The notes under the pieces were generated by a model, which worked only from the letters and a program-made list of their open reading frames with translations, was not told the DNA's origin and ran no database searches. From contig JAHDVH010000003.1 in the NCBI GenBank assembly GCA_023382385.1, positions 278,806 to 342,805 of the forward strand: a stretch of 64,000 bases of DNA, in the 5' to 3' direction. Each line of letters opens with the position of its first letter. Position 1 is the first letter of the stretch. Below are positions 50,137 through 59,767 of the stretch, one piece after another. The translations under genes were made by a program, and so were the position numbers. The stretch comes from a bacterium. Lineage in GTDB: Bacteria > Electryoneota > RPQS01.

Positions 50137-50675
50137 CAGATGCTGTCCAGTATGCTGACGGTTGTGTCGCCGAATACTCGAGACTTGCGAAGTTTCAGCC
50201 CCACAATATCTGGCGGGGCCTGCCGTTTTGAGTGTTCAAACACGATTACTCCTCCTGAAGCCAGAAGCTTGGAATCGAGAATCTGATCCATTAAATCAGC
50301 AGGATTTACCTTTTCGTAGGGAGGATCTGCGAAGATGATGTTGAAAGGTTCGGTAAATCGACCAGCGGTATGCAGGAAATGCAGAACGTCTTCGCAGTGC
50401 ACGACTGAGCGATCTTCAAGGTGATATTGCAGGAGCGCGCGCTTCATCCGCTTCTCGGCTTCGCGCGATTTGTCGACAAATACAGCGACGTCTGCACCTC
50501 GCTTCAAGGCCATCACTCCATAGGATCCGACGCCTGCATACAAATCCAGCACACGGGTACCTGGAATGTCAGCACGTAGCATGTCAAAGACCGACTCCAG
50601 TGTCCTCGCCGAGGTGGGGCGCAACTCGATGTGCCCCTTTCCGCGGCGCAAACCGGCGGAGATGCGGACTGCCAT
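50136..50675 (-). CDS. rsmD: 16S rRNA (guanine966-N2)-methyltransferase RsmD
   Basis: Start MAVRISAGLRRGKGHIELRP... (RIIGG..RGR.L-type N-terminus). SAM motif VLDLYAGVGSYG. Catalytic DPPY. ORF-track 5' extension to 50816 is probably spurious. Confidence 0.85.
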   Translation of the reverse strand: MAVRISAGLRRGKGHIELRPTSARTLESVFDMLRADIPGTRVLDLYAGVGSYGVMALKRGADVAVFVDKSREAEKRMKRALLQYHLEDRSVVHCEDVLHFLHTAGRFTEPFNIIFADPPYEKVNPADLMDQILDSKLLASGGVIVFEHSKRQAPPDIVGLKLRKSRVFGDTTVSILDSI

Positions 50676-50715
50676 GTTCAGTCTCCTTGCAAAAGACCAC
50701 TCCAAGTGGTCGATG

Positions 50716-51120
50716 TCACAGTTGAGTAATCGTAACGCGCTCGCGCAAGACAGCCAACTTCTTCGGCCCGATACCCGAAACATTTTCGAGCTCGTCAATT
50801 GATTGAAACGGACCATTCGCGTTCCGATAGGCTATGATGCGCTCAGCGAGAACAGGGCCGATGCCGGGCAAATGCTCCAACCGCTCCGCGTCTGCGGAAT
50901 TTAGATCGACGGGCTTTGCGAGTTCCATGGATCTGGCCCGTAGAGCAGAATCTGCCAGCGCGACCAATTCAGGGTTGCGGCCAAGAGACACAAGTCGCGC
51001 CTTTCCAGCTGAACTCCTGCCTGTCCATTGCTCTCGCAGCTCCAGCGCAGTTCCAGTCAGAAAACTCAACCCCAACAGCCAAAGGAGTGCACGACGACTA
51101 AAGTCAAATTTCCAAATCAC
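50716..51120 (-). CDS. comEA: ComEA-like helix-hairpin-helix DNA-binding protein
   Basis: Signal/TM N-terminus. Tandem HhH motifs ([26 protein letters not shown]..., [14 protein letters not shown]). Confidence 0.8.
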   Translation of the reverse strand: MIWKFDFSRRALLWLLGLSFLTGTALELREQWTGRSSAGKARLVSLGRNPELVALADSALRARSMELAKPVDLNSADAERLEHLPGIGPVLAERIIAYRNANGPFQSIDELENVSGIGPKKLAVLRERVTITQL

Positions 51121-52265
51121 TGCCCAAATGCTTCTTTGACTCGACCAAAGAACCCCTTCTCATTGGTTTGGACTTTGAAGTTCTCGCTGTCACGGAGTTT
51201 CTCGATCATGCCCCGTTCCGTGGAGCTTAGTTTCCTCGGCACGTGAAGATCTATTTCCACCAGTTGATCACCGCGACCGTATCCGTTCAAAGCCGGCAGC
51301 CCTTTGCCCCGCATACGCAGTATCTTTCCTGGTGTTAATCCGGCTTCTAACTTCAATTGTGCTTTGCCGGACAATGTCGGCACTTCAACAGTGTCGCCAA
51401 GAAGTAGCTGAGGAATTGAAACTCTCAGCTTGTAGATAATGTTGTCTCCATCCCGCTCGAAATACTCATGATCCCGTTCTTCGATCAAGACAATCAAATC
51501 TCCTGCGGGGCCGTTTCGCGGCCCCGAATGCCCTTCCCCACGAAGCGTCAAGTACTGTCCACTTGCGACGCCCGCCGGAATGTCAACATGAATCGTGTCC
51601 TCGACACGCACACGACCTTCTCCGTTACATGTCTTGCAGGGATTTGCTACAACCTTGCCTTCTCCGTGACATTGCGGACAGGTCTGAACATTGACGAACT
51701 GACCGAGAATTGTCCGTGACACCTGACGGACTTGCCCTTGACCGCGACATGTGGGACATTCCGTCGGCGCGCTTCCTGATGCCGCACCGCTTCCCTTGCA
51801 CGTTTCGCATGGCCGCAATCGCTTGACCCGAATTGTCTTGCGGACACCTTCAGAAATCTCCTCAAGCGTCAAGGATAGCTTCAGCTGTAAATCATTTCCC
51901 CGCACACGAGCCGAACCACGCCCTCCCCCGCGCGACTGACCGAAAAAGTCGCCAAACATGCCGCCTTCCATGAATTGGCGGAGCGCATCTGATAAGTCAA
52001 ACTCAAAACTTCCGCCTTGCTGCCCGGGTCGAAATCCTCCTCCAGCCATGGCATGCCCGAAGCGGTCATACTGTGCTCGCTTATCCTGATCTGACAACAC
52101 TGCGTAGGCTTCGCCTACTTCCTTGAATTTCTCTTCGGCGGTTGCATCGCCTTTATTACGGTCCGGGTGATACTGCATCGCGAGCTTGCGGTAAGCCTTC
52201 TTAATCTCCTCCTGTGTCGCACCGCGATTTACACCCAGCACCTCATAATAGTCGCGCTTCGCCAT
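51117..52265 (-). CDS. dnaJ: Molecular chaperone DnaJ
   Basis: J-domain with HPD (YHPDRNKGD). G/F region. Four CxxCxGxG zinc-finger repeats. Confidence 0.95.
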   Translation of the reverse strand: MAKRDYYEVLGVNRGATQEEIKKAYRKLAMQYHPDRNKGDATAEEKFKEVGEAYAVLSDQDKRAQYDRFGHAMAGGGFRPGQQGGSFEFDLSDALRQFMEGGMFGDFFGQSRGGGRGSARVRGNDLQLKLSLTLEEISEGVRKTIRVKRLRPCETCKGSGAASGSAPTECPTCRGQGQVRQVSRTILGQFVNVQTCPQCHGEGKVVANPCKTCNGEGRVRVEDTIHVDIPAGVASGQYLTLRGEGHSGPRNGPAGDLIVLIEERDHEYFERDGDNIIYKLRVSIPQLLLGDTVEVPTLSGKAQLKLEAGLTPGKILRMRGKGLPALNGYGRGDQLVEIDLHVPRKLSSTERGMIEKLRDSENFKVQTNEKGFFGRVKEAFGQ

Positions 52266-52847
52266 CTACTCTTGATCCTCCCCTTCTCGCTGCTCCTCTT
52301 CCGGCTCGCAAGAAACGATCACTTGTGCGTGACGAATCACTCGCTCCCCGAGCCGATAGCCCGGCGTTACCTCCTCCAGCACCACGTTCGCTGGAAAACC
52401 TGCACGCGGCTGCATCATGATCGCATCGTGTTCCTCGGGATTGAACACCTTCCCTCTGCACTCGAGTTTCGTAATCCGCTGCGATTCGAGGTAACTCTTG
52501 AACTTCTGCTGTATCAACTCAATCCCGCGGCGCAAGCTCGCTTCATCAGCACTCGCATTCTCCACCGTGCGATTCATATCATCGTAGACAGTCAATAAAT
52601 TCAGGAGCAGACTCTCCGCGACGCTGTCTCGCAGCAATTCAATTTCCGCTCGCGTACGCTTGCGGAAATTGTCAAACTCCGCAAGAGCGCGGACATATTT
52701 GTCTCTCCACTCCTCCGCTTCGCGACGAGCAAGCTCCAGCTCGTTACTCTGAGACGACTCGAGCGATGGGCCTTCCGACGTAACTTGGGTCTCGTCGATT
52801 CCCAGAGAATCCATTACTTCACGGTCTTTGTTGTTAGGTTCGTTCAT
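52266..52847 (-). CDS. grpE: Nucleotide exchange factor GrpE
   Basis: 193 aa. Coiled-coil N-terminus. Conserved RKRTRAEIELL / ...GYRLGERVIRHAQV GrpE C-terminal domain. Confidence 0.9.
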   Translation of the reverse strand: MNEPNNKDREVMDSLGIDETQVTSEGPSLESSQSNELELARREAEEWRDKYVRALAEFDNFRKRTRAEIELLRDSVAESLLLNLLTVYDDMNRTVENASADEASLRRGIELIQQKFKSYLESQRITKLECRGKVFNPEEHDAIMMQPRAGFPANVVLEEVTPGYRLGERVIRHAQVIVSCEPEEEQREGEDQE

Positions 52848-52856
52848 ATCTATCTA

Positions 52857-53897
52857 TTACGAAAGGCGTTTTGTGACCACGCGCGCGGTGTATTCAAGAA
52901 GCGTCGTCAGCCGCGAATAGTCCATCCGCGTCGGACCGATCACTCCAAGTTTCCCTGCACTGGAAGCCGTCTTGTAGTCCGCGGCGATCACAGACAGCTC
53001 TTTGGCTCTTGAATCGAGATTCTCGCGGCCAATCGTTATTGATATCGGTCCCCGCAGATCGGGACTCTGCAGCAAGTGAATGATGATATCTTTGTCTTCC
53101 ACTAGCTCGATAATCCCGCGCATCGAACCGGGTGTCGAAAACTCCGGCTGATTGATGACCTGTGCTCGTCCGCCGATCTTCACATTATCTGTTGTCGAAA
53201 AGTTAAACAACTCGTCTGTTGACTCTACGAATAGCCTGATCAGGCTTTGGGGAGTCTCCCCGAGATTCTGCATCCGCTCCGCGATCTGCCCGCGAATCTC
53301 GCCAACCCTTAATCCTGCGAGGCGGCGATTCAGAGCCCTTGTCACCTCGTGAACCGACTTCTCACTCATCTCCTGATCAAGTTCGAGCATGATCGACTTC
53401 ATCGGGCCGGACTTCAGGCTGATGACAACCAGCAATCTGCGCTCGGACAAGCGCGCGAGTTCAATCCGGTCCAGCACCGCGCTCTGCAGCTCAGGAATCA
53501 CGACCACGCCTAATAAATGAGAAGCGGACGCCAAGACACGCGTCGTCGCGTCAAGCACTGACTCGAGTTCAGCGGGAACCGATTCAATTTCACGCTCGAT
53601 ACTCTCGCGTTCTTCACCTGACAAGTCGGCAAGCTCCATGATATCGTCCACGTAGAGACGGTACCCGAGATCCGAGGGCATCCGCCCCGCCGAAGTGTGC
53701 GGATGACTAAGAAGCCCCATTTCTTCAAGATCCGCCATGACATTTCGAATCGTCGCAGCAGACAGATTTATCCCGAACTTTCGCGCAATATGCCGGGATC
53801 CCACCGGATTTGCCGTCAGGATAAAGTGCTGAACAACTGCGCGCAGGATCAGCCGCTCACGGTCAGTCAGCTTCGGATTTGGTCGTTGTATCGTCAT
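52857..53897 (-). CDS. hrcA: Heat-inducible transcriptional repressor HrcA
   Basis: Start MTIQRPNPKLTDRERLILRAVVQHFILTANPVGSRHIA (winged-helix N-terminus) and HrcA C-domain. Confidence 0.9.
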   Translation of the reverse strand: MTIQRPNPKLTDRERLILRAVVQHFILTANPVGSRHIARKFGINLSAATIRNVMADLEEMGLLSHPHTSAGRMPSDLGYRLYVDDIMELADLSGEERESIEREIESVPAELESVLDATTRVLASASHLLGVVVIPELQSAVLDRIELARLSERRLLVVISLKSGPMKSIMLELDQEMSEKSVHEVTRALNRRLAGLRVGEIRGQIAERMQNLGETPQSLIRLFVESTDELFNFSTTDNVKIGGRAQVINQPEFSTPGSMRGIIELVEDKDIIIHLLQSPDLRGPISITIGRENLDSRAKELSVIAADYKTASSAGKLGVIGPTRMDYSRLTTLLEYTARVVTKRLS

Positions 53898-54152
53898 TGG
53901 GCGTATTGAGTCTAATCTAATAAGATAACGAGATATCGGCCCATTGTCAAGCCCAACCGATATACCCAACCACTATACAATTAATTACTTGCACGGTTTC
54001 GAGCACCTTTGGGACTTTTGCCTGCGGATTGTTGCCGACGGCCGGTCAATACCCACTCTGCGCCTCTCTTACCCGCGGCTGCCTGTCAAGTTCCCAAACG
54101 AAAACGCCCGGCAGGAAACTGTCGGGCGTCGCACATCGTACAGTGTGATTCG

Positions 54153-54722
54153 CTAAATGCTGCCGGTGATGTGGAAACCGAACACGACTCCTGTCAGAGT
54201 GAAGCAGTAAACATCCTCATTCCCCAACCCAAATGCTTGAAACTTCCCTACCTGAATCGCCTCCACCAAGCGGTCGGTGTTCTGCAGCATCTCAATCGTT
54301 TCGCGACACAAGAACTGGCGCGTTTGATTCGGGGCCAAAGCCAGCCCCTCAAACACCTTAAATGCGTCCGATCGGCTCCGTACCGCAACCGGGTTGCCGG
54401 CGGGATCAAAGTTCAGATCCATCACGATCCAAATCTCCCCTGACACCGGAGTGCTCAGGTGATTCTCGGCCAAGACGCTGATGCAGCCGTCCTCGACGCC
54501 TTCAATGGTGAAGTCGCTCCAGTCGCTATTGTCTGTCAGGTCCACCGTCACGCCTTCCATCTGTGCATCCAGCACTCCCCCGCCGCGTACCGACGTGCTG
54601 CGTGTGTCAGTCGTAATCGTTCCGTCCACCTCTTGCGAAACGAAGGCAGTGCCCGAGACAAAGCCGCATCCGCTAACGAACAGCAGCAGGGCAGCCGAGC
54701 ATGCTAAGTAGATTTTGTTCAT
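54153..54722 (-). CDS. Hypothetical lipoprotein
   Basis: Lipobox LLLFVSGC. 189 aa. No domain recognised. Confidence 0.5.
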   Translation of the reverse strand: MNKIYLACSAALLLFVSGCGFVSGTAFVSQEVDGTITTDTRSTSVRGGGVLDAQMEGVTVDLTDNSDWSDFTIEGVEDGCISVLAENHLSTPVSGEIWIVMDLNFDPAGNPVAVRSRSDAFKVFEGLALAPNQTRQFLCRETIEMLQNTDRLVEAIQVGKFQAFGLGNEDVYCFTLTGVVFGFHITGSI

Positions 54723-54739
54723 TTTGCTCTCCTTGTCGC

Positions 54740-55318
54740 TTAGTTGGAGGATTTGGCTTTAATCGGAATGAAATACTGGACGCCGAGCATTGTCTGCCAG
54801 TTCTTCCGCGAAGCATTGTTGTCATGGAACGGCATAACCAAAAGAGACGTCATCACATCAAGATAGATCTTCCTCTGGTAAAGGTTGAAACCTGCACCGA
54901 AGCCTCCGCTCATGCCGGTGAGTGTCTCATCCTCCTTGTAGTCCGCACCAGCCGCAACAGAGTTGGACGACACTCCAAGATGGAGGTACGGCCAGAAGCT
55001 GGCAGGGTCCTTTTTGGCCAAAAGGAGGTTCAGGCCAAAACCGGTGAGCGTTCCGCCCGGAATCGTCAGCGTAGGTTCACCCGGAAAGTCGATGTCCTCT
55101 TCAACGTCTCCCTGCGAGCTGCTCCTGAAGAGTACCTGACCGTGCAGCGGCCCAACAATATTTCCCCGAACCGAGATCCCGAACATCGGTCCTTGGCCTA
55201 CATCCTCCTGGATGACAGGAAGATCAAATCCGCCATGCAAACCCACGCCAAGTGGGTAGTCGGCCAGAGCTGGCAAGGCCAACAGCCCTGTCACCAAAAG
55301 GATTCCCAAGATTCTCAT
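54740..55318 (-). CDS. Outer-membrane beta-barrel protein (OmpW/porin-like small barrel)
   Basis: Signal peptide. Alternating beta-strand pattern. C-terminal ...GVQYFIPI... Confidence 0.55.
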   Translation of the reverse strand: MRILGILLVTGLLALPALADYPLGVGLHGGFDLPVIQEDVGQGPMFGISVRGNIVGPLHGQVLFRSSSQGDVEEDIDFPGEPTLTIPGGTLTGFGLNLLLAKKDPASFWPYLHLGVSSNSVAAGADYKEDETLTGMSGGFGAGFNLYQRKIYLDVMTSLLVMPFHDNNASRKNWQTMLGVQYFIPIKAKSSN

Positions 55319-55483
55319 TAACTTGCTCCTTGAGTAAAGTGGAATTCACAGGCAATGTACAAACAGATTGTCTAAGTATCAACAATTTCTAACTATTCAA
55401 AAACTTTCGTCGTGTTCGCTTCCGAGTTTGTTTTCCTCCAACAGGTTGACTACATTGTGACTTGCCTATCTGGAGGAACCTCT

Positions 55484-56812
55484 ATGTTTCTTGCTTGTGT
55501 ACTCTTCTCTTTTGCTCTGGTCCTGCCCGCAGTCGCCGACCCGGGCGATACGACTGTCGTCATCACCTTTACCCAAGAACTGCACAACTTTGCCGCGGGC
55601 GGCCGCGATAACATCGCCACCTTTACGTTCCCTGAGCCAAGCCTCGAGTGCAGTCAGATTACGATGGTCTACCGTCTCGACTGTCCGAGCGCCCCAGGCG
55701 ACTGCGACCCATGGGACAGAACTGCCCGCCTTTATGTGCAGCGTGCCCTGACCGACTCGACCCACGAAGACATCGAAATCGCGCGCGTCATTACTCCCTA
55801 TGACATAACCGGCAGCGGCAGGCCGGGCCATTGCCAATGGGAATTCGACATGATGGAGTATCAGTCTCTGTTGCGCGGCGAGGTGACTCTCCACAGCTTT
55901 GTCGACACTTGGATTGGCGGCAATCAAGGCTGGCTGGTCACCTGTACTTTCTACTTTGTGGAAGGGGATATGGCCATCACACCTTATCGAGTTGAACAGC
56001 TTTGGAACTACGGCGGGCTGGTGTATGGGAATCCGGACAATCCCATTGACAACTATCTTGACTTCTCGTTTGTGCCCGTAGATGCGCAGGCAGAGTTCGC
56101 CACCGTGCGGCTTTGGACCACCGGACACGGGCAGGGCAACACCCACAACGCCGCTGAATTCTCGCAGAAAAGGCACGGGGTGTGGGTTGGACTGGATTAC
56201 TATGAACACCTGCTATGGCGTAACGACTGTGCATCTAATCCGTGCAGTCCGCAAGGCGGTACATGGCAATTCAATCGTGCCGGCTGGTGTCCGGGTGACC
56301 GCGTGTTCCCGTGGGACATCCCTTTTCTCCAAGTTGAACCCGGCTCCACAATTGATATCTGGCCGACCATTGAGACATACGAAAATCTCTGTCGACCAAA
56401 CAACCCGGATTGTGTTTCCGGTGTAACCTGCACGGACTGCAACTACAACAGTACGGGTCATACGGAACCCGTCTATATCACGGCAGGGCAGGTCATCTTC
56501 TGGACCACCCAAAGTGTGGACGCGGGCGAGACACCTATCCCTGTTCCCGCGTCCGCAGTTCTACACCAGAACTTTCCGAATCCGTTCAATCCTCAGACTA
56601 CGATTTCCTTTACGCTTGCGTCAGAAGGGCAAACACTATTGCAGGTGTTTGATGTCCAGGGACGTGAGGTACAGACTCTGCTGAATCGTAACCTCCCTCG
56701 TGGACAGCATCAAGTGCGCTTCGATGGCACCGGCTTGGCCAGCGGCGTCTACTTCACAAGATTGGAGACTCGAAACGAAGTCTTCACGCGGAAAATGTTG
56801 CTGATGAAGTGA
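55484..56812 (+). CDS. Secreted PNGase-F-like (peptide-N-glycosidase-type) domain protein with C-terminal T9SS type-A sorting domain
   Basis: Signal peptide MFLACVLFSFALVLPAVA. Cys-rich ~380-aa catalytic-like region. C-terminal ~80 aa NFPNPFNPQTTISFTL...SGVYFTRLETRNEVFTRKMLLMK matches the Por_Secre_tail/TIGR04183 pattern. Confidence 0.6.
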   Translation: MFLACVLFSFALVLPAVADPGDTTVVITFTQELHNFAAGGRDNIATFTFPEPSLECSQITMVYRLDCPSAPGDCDPWDRTARLYVQRALTDSTHEDIEIARVITPYDITGSGRPGHCQWEFDMMEYQSLLRGEVTLHSFVDTWIGGNQGWLVTCTFYFVEGDMAITPYRVEQLWNYGGLVYGNPDNPIDNYLDFSFVPVDAQAEFATVRLWTTGHGQGNTHNAAEFSQKRHGVWVGLDYYEHLLWRNDCASNPCSPQGGTWQFNRAGWCPGDRVFPWDIPFLQVEPGSTIDIWPTIETYENLCRPNNPDCVSGVTCTDCNYNSTGHTEPVYITAGQVIFWTTQSVDAGETPIPVPASAVLHQNFPNPFNPQTTISFTLASEGQTLLQVFDVQGREVQTLLNRNLPRGQHQVRFDGTGLASGVYFTRLETRNEVFTRKMLLMK

Positions 56813-56831
56813 CAGAAACTCGCTCCATCGG

Positions 56832-56860
56832 AAAGCCCCCGCGTGCGCGGGGGCTTTTTG
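56832..56860. terminator. Bidirectional rho-independent terminator (aaagcccccgcg-tg-cgcgggggcttttt)
   Basis: 9-bp GC stem flanked by AAA upstream and TTTTT downstream, between convergent genes. Confidence 0.8.
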
Positions 56861-56880
56861 TATCGACAATTGATTGTCTG

Positions 56881-57396
56881 CTATTTGTGCTTGCCCGCTG
56901 AGACATAAGGAGCGAACGCCTCAAACACGAAATGGCTCCACACCTTATCCACGATTGCGGCAAGTTCCTCGTTCACTTGACCGAGCATTTGCACCGTGAC
57001 TGTGAGCTGCGTGCTGTCACCGTCTGCAGAAAATTCGTAAGTCACCACGTTCGTCAGTGCCCGACCCGAAAGACCCAGCGGTCCTTCGTAGCGTATCATT
57101 GCCGGTCGGTCAGCAAGTATGACTGTCGCATGAAGTGCGCCGTTGCCTTGATCGTCAAACTCCTCGATGAATCGGCCACCCACCCAGGGTTCGAGGCGCA
57201 GAGCGTGCGGCTGTTCGCGAAAAGAGTGATCCCACCAACCCGAGATGTCCCCTGTCATTGCGTCGAAGATTTCTGTGGTCGATCCCGGCAGTTTTGCCTT
57301 CTGCACACTCGTGAAACTGCCGTCCGAGTTGATTGTCAACTCCGCGCGACTCCCGATGGCGAACAACAGGATGATTGTGAGTCCCGCCTTTCCCAT
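56881..57396 (-). CDS. SRPBCC-superfamily (AHSA1/polyketide-cyclase-like) secreted protein
   Basis: 171 aa with signal peptide. Start/bind-like beta-grip pattern. Confidence 0.5.
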   Translation of the reverse strand: MGKAGLTIILLFAIGSRAELTINSDGSFTSVQKAKLPGSTTEIFDAMTGDISGWWDHSFREQPHALRLEPWVGGRFIEEFDDQGNGALHATVILADRPAMIRYEGPLGLSGRALTNVVTYEFSADGDSTQLTVTVQMLGQVNEELAAIVDKVWSHFVFEAFAPYVSAGKHK

Positions 57397-57418
57397 ACTC
57401 TCCCTCCTGAATCGAAGT

Positions 57419-58141
57419 TTATGGCAATGTGACTTGATGCTCGGACTTGATTGTCCAACCCGAACCGAACCCGCTGATTCGCAAAGCCTCTTCCCAGTTG
57501 AATCGGGAGAGCCTTCGCAACAGGGCCGGATTGCGGAGCGTGTAGCTTCCGTCGCTCCGGACCGTAATCCCCCAAGTTATGCCAGCCAGCTGAGTCACCG
57601 ACTTTGGCCCGGTGCGTTTCACTAACCACGACTCGAAATTAAAACCGCTGTCATGGGTCGGGCGGTCCAATAACCAGTATCTTCCATCCGCAAACACTCT
57701 GCTTGACAGAACTGGATTAGTGTAGTCTTTAACAGAGTAGTATGCAGGGTCCTCGTCTTCGCCTCTTGCTCCCGGCAGGCCTGATCCCCCGCTCTGAGGA
57801 TCAATTCGCGGGTAGCCCGGCCTATCTTGTCGTTCCGCAAGCTGCCACCACTCGACTTCTTGTTCGCGAATTCCCAGTTCGCCGTAAGGCTCGAAAGCCA
57901 GTCGCAAATCGCCCTCAGGACCCAATGGCCGAACTATGATCCATCCAAGTGTGTCCTGCCCCGCAATGACCGCGAAAGCATCGCCGCTTGCAGAAGAATC
58001 AGCCCCATTCCTCGCCATGCCCTGCAAAATGATCAAAGCCGCCAGCCCAATCCCCGCACACAGCAAGGTCAGTTGGCTGCGTGGGCGAAGAAATATGGGC
58101 TTAGCAGGGAGAGGAGTTATAGTTTCGTAGATATGTGACAC
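57419..58141 (-). CDS. Hypothetical membrane-anchored protein
   Basis: 240 aa. Single N-terminal TM helix (LTLLCAGIGLAALIIL). Divergent from the TetR gene. Confidence 0.45.
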   Translation of the reverse strand: MSHIYETITPLPAKPIFLRPRSQLTLLCAGIGLAALIILQGMARNGADSSASGDAFAVIAGQDTLGWIIVRPLGPEGDLRLAFEPYGELGIREQEVEWWQLAERQDRPGYPRIDPQSGGSGLPGARGEDEDPAYYSVKDYTNPVLSSRVFADGRYWLLDRPTHDSGFNFESWLVKRTGPKSVTQLAGITWGITVRSDGSYTLRNPALLRRLSRFNWEEALRISGFGSGWTIKSEHQVTLP

Positions 58142-58143
58142 AG

Positions 58144-58174
58144 GTTACAGAACAGCCTACGACTTGTTTGTAAC
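58144..58174. promoter_or_regulatory. Imperfect inverted repeat GTTACAGAACAG-N7-CTTGTTTGTAAC (candidate TetR operator, site 1)
   Basis: 12-nt arms with one indel, immediately upstream of the minus-strand gene start (58141) in the TetR divergent intergenic region. Confidence 0.4.
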
Positions 58175-58272
58175 TACAAGATAATAAAGTAAATCTTTTG
58201 CCGCACAATCTCTTACAGCTTGATCTGCAACTTGCGAACCTCCTGTTAATTTCGTATACTGTGTTCCAACAA

Positions 58273-58285
58273 TGAACACTGTTCA
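58273..58285. promoter_or_regulatory. Perfect palindrome TGAACA-C-TGTTCA (candidate TetR operator/autoregulatory site)
   Basis: 13-bp perfect inverted repeat 10 bp upstream of the TetR GTG start. Confidence 0.45.
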
Positions 58286-58295
58286 GAGGGTATGA

Positions 58296-58916
58296 GTGGC
58301 GATAGTTGACCGTAAGTTGCGGGAAAAAGCTGAGATGCGCTCCAGAATTCTGGAGTCTGCTAAAGCTTTGTTCGCGGAAGACGGTTTTCAAAATGTCTCT
58401 ATCCGTAAGATTGCCGACAAGATCGAGTATAGCCCGGCGACTATCTATCTGTATTTTAAGGATAAAGACGCTATTCTGTTCGCCCTCCATAATGAAGGGT
58501 TTCGCGCGCTGTTTACCCGTCAACGTGATTTTGTCAGAATCGCTGACCCAGTCCAGCGACTTCGCAAACTTCTCAGCGGATACCTCGACTTTGCCTTGGA
58601 AGAGCCTGAATATTATGATCTTATGTTCATGCTTTTCACGCCTCTTCCTAAGCTGCTGAGAACATCTGAATGGCGGTTCGGACGAAGGGCCTATAGAACG
58701 TTGCATCATACCATTGTCGAGTGTCAGGGTCGAGGATACCTCGCAGGGACATCTCCGGACGCCGCGGCACTTGGCATGTGGGGCGCCGTTCACGGAATCG
58801 CCGCGCTACTCCTGCGGCGTAGGGCTTCCATGCTGCCTGAGGAAGACCTGCCACGACTGGCTCGTGAGGGCGTGGCCATGCTTGAGCAGCATCTGCTGCC
58901 CGCGAAACCAAAGTAG
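58296..58916 (+). CDS. TetR/AcrR-family transcriptional regulator (GTG start)
   Basis: N-terminal HTH SIRKIADKIEYSPATIYLYFKDKDAIL. 206 aa. Confidence 0.9.
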   Translation: MAIVDRKLREKAEMRSRILESAKALFAEDGFQNVSIRKIADKIEYSPATIYLYFKDKDAILFALHNEGFRALFTRQRDFVRIADPVQRLRKLLSGYLDFALEEPEYYDLMFMLFTPLPKLLRTSEWRFGRRAYRTLHHTIVECQGRGYLAGTSPDAAALGMWGAVHGIAALLLRRRASMLPEEDLPRLAREGVAMLEQHLLPAKPK

Positions 58917-59048
58917 AATTTCTCCTGTTAATTAATCGTTCCAGTAAGATAGTCGGTAAGCGATTTATCGCTTGCCCACGGGCCGCCAAGGTTACCCGGC
59001 CGCAACGACCCCGTGTCAATCCACTCCACCGGGTTTAGGAAGGACACC

Positions 59049-59648
59049 ATGAAGAAGACGTTGTTTGTAGCTCTTTGGGTCGCACCGCTGCTGTTCTTGG
59101 CGGGTTGCGCTGAACCGCCGAAGGCGGAATCTGATGCCGCCAATGCCGCTTTGCAGGCTGCTAAGACTGCAGAAGCTGATCAGTATGCCGGTCAGGCATA
59201 CAATGCCGCGCGTGATACGCTGAATGCCGCGTTGGCCGCAGTGAAGGAGCAGGATGGCAAGTTCGCGCTGTTCCGCAACTACGACGCCGCCAAGGCGCAG
59301 TTGGTCAAGGCCACTGAAATGGCCAATCAAGCCGGTCAGGCCGCTGCCGCTGAGAAGGATCGCCTGAAGAATGAACTCACAACCATGCAGATGGAGCTTG
59401 TCGCTGCTTTGGCTGCCGCTGACACCGCGTTGATGAAGGCTCCGGTCGGCAAGGGCAACAAGGCTGACATCGAGTTGATAAAGAGCGATCTGTCCGCCGC
59501 ACGCACGGCCTTTGATGCCGCCGTGGCTGATTTCAATCAGGGCAAGTATCTGACCGCGCGTACCAAGATGCAGACTGTCAGACAGCGCGTCACGAACATC
59601 ACCAACGAAATCGCAACCGCGACTGAAAAGGCCAAAGGCAAGAAGTAG
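59049..59648 (+). CDS. DUF4398-like all-alpha lipoprotein
   Basis: Lipobox LLFLAGC. Ala/Gln-rich helical repeats. Homologous to the N-terminal domain of the next gene. Confidence 0.55.
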   Translation: MKKTLFVALWVAPLLFLAGCAEPPKAESDAANAALQAAKTAEADQYAGQAYNAARDTLNAALAAVKEQDGKFALFRNYDAAKAQLVKATEMANQAGQAAAAEKDRLKNELTTMQMELVAALAAADTALMKAPVGKGNKADIELIKSDLSAARTAFDAAVADFNQGKYLTARTKMQTVRQRVTNITNEIATATEKAKGKK

Positions 59649-59691
59649 GATTCATGTGCCGCGTATGCGGCATCTGAAGTGATCGAAAGCA

Positions 59692-59726
59692 GGGAGCCGC
59701 ACACCCGGTGCGGCTCCCTGTATGTT
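59692..59726 (+). terminator. Rho-independent terminator (gggagccgcac-acccg-gtgcggctccc)
   Basis: 11-bp perfect stem and 5-nt loop after the lipoprotein gene, followed by tgtatgtt. Confidence 0.65.
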
Positions 59727-59767
59727 CAAAGGACAAAAACTCTCAACGACTTTCTCTCTCTATTCGG

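Noticed and set aside
53898-54152. CIRCE operator upstream of hrcA
   Set aside because: No match to TTAGCACTC-N9-GAGTGCTAA was found by eye. Only a loose TTGCAC...GAGCAC direct (not inverted) similarity, so it is not called as a feature.
58101-58793. 230-aa minus-strand ORF overlapping the TetR gene
   Set aside because: Antisense to a TetR ORF with a clear HTH. No motifs.
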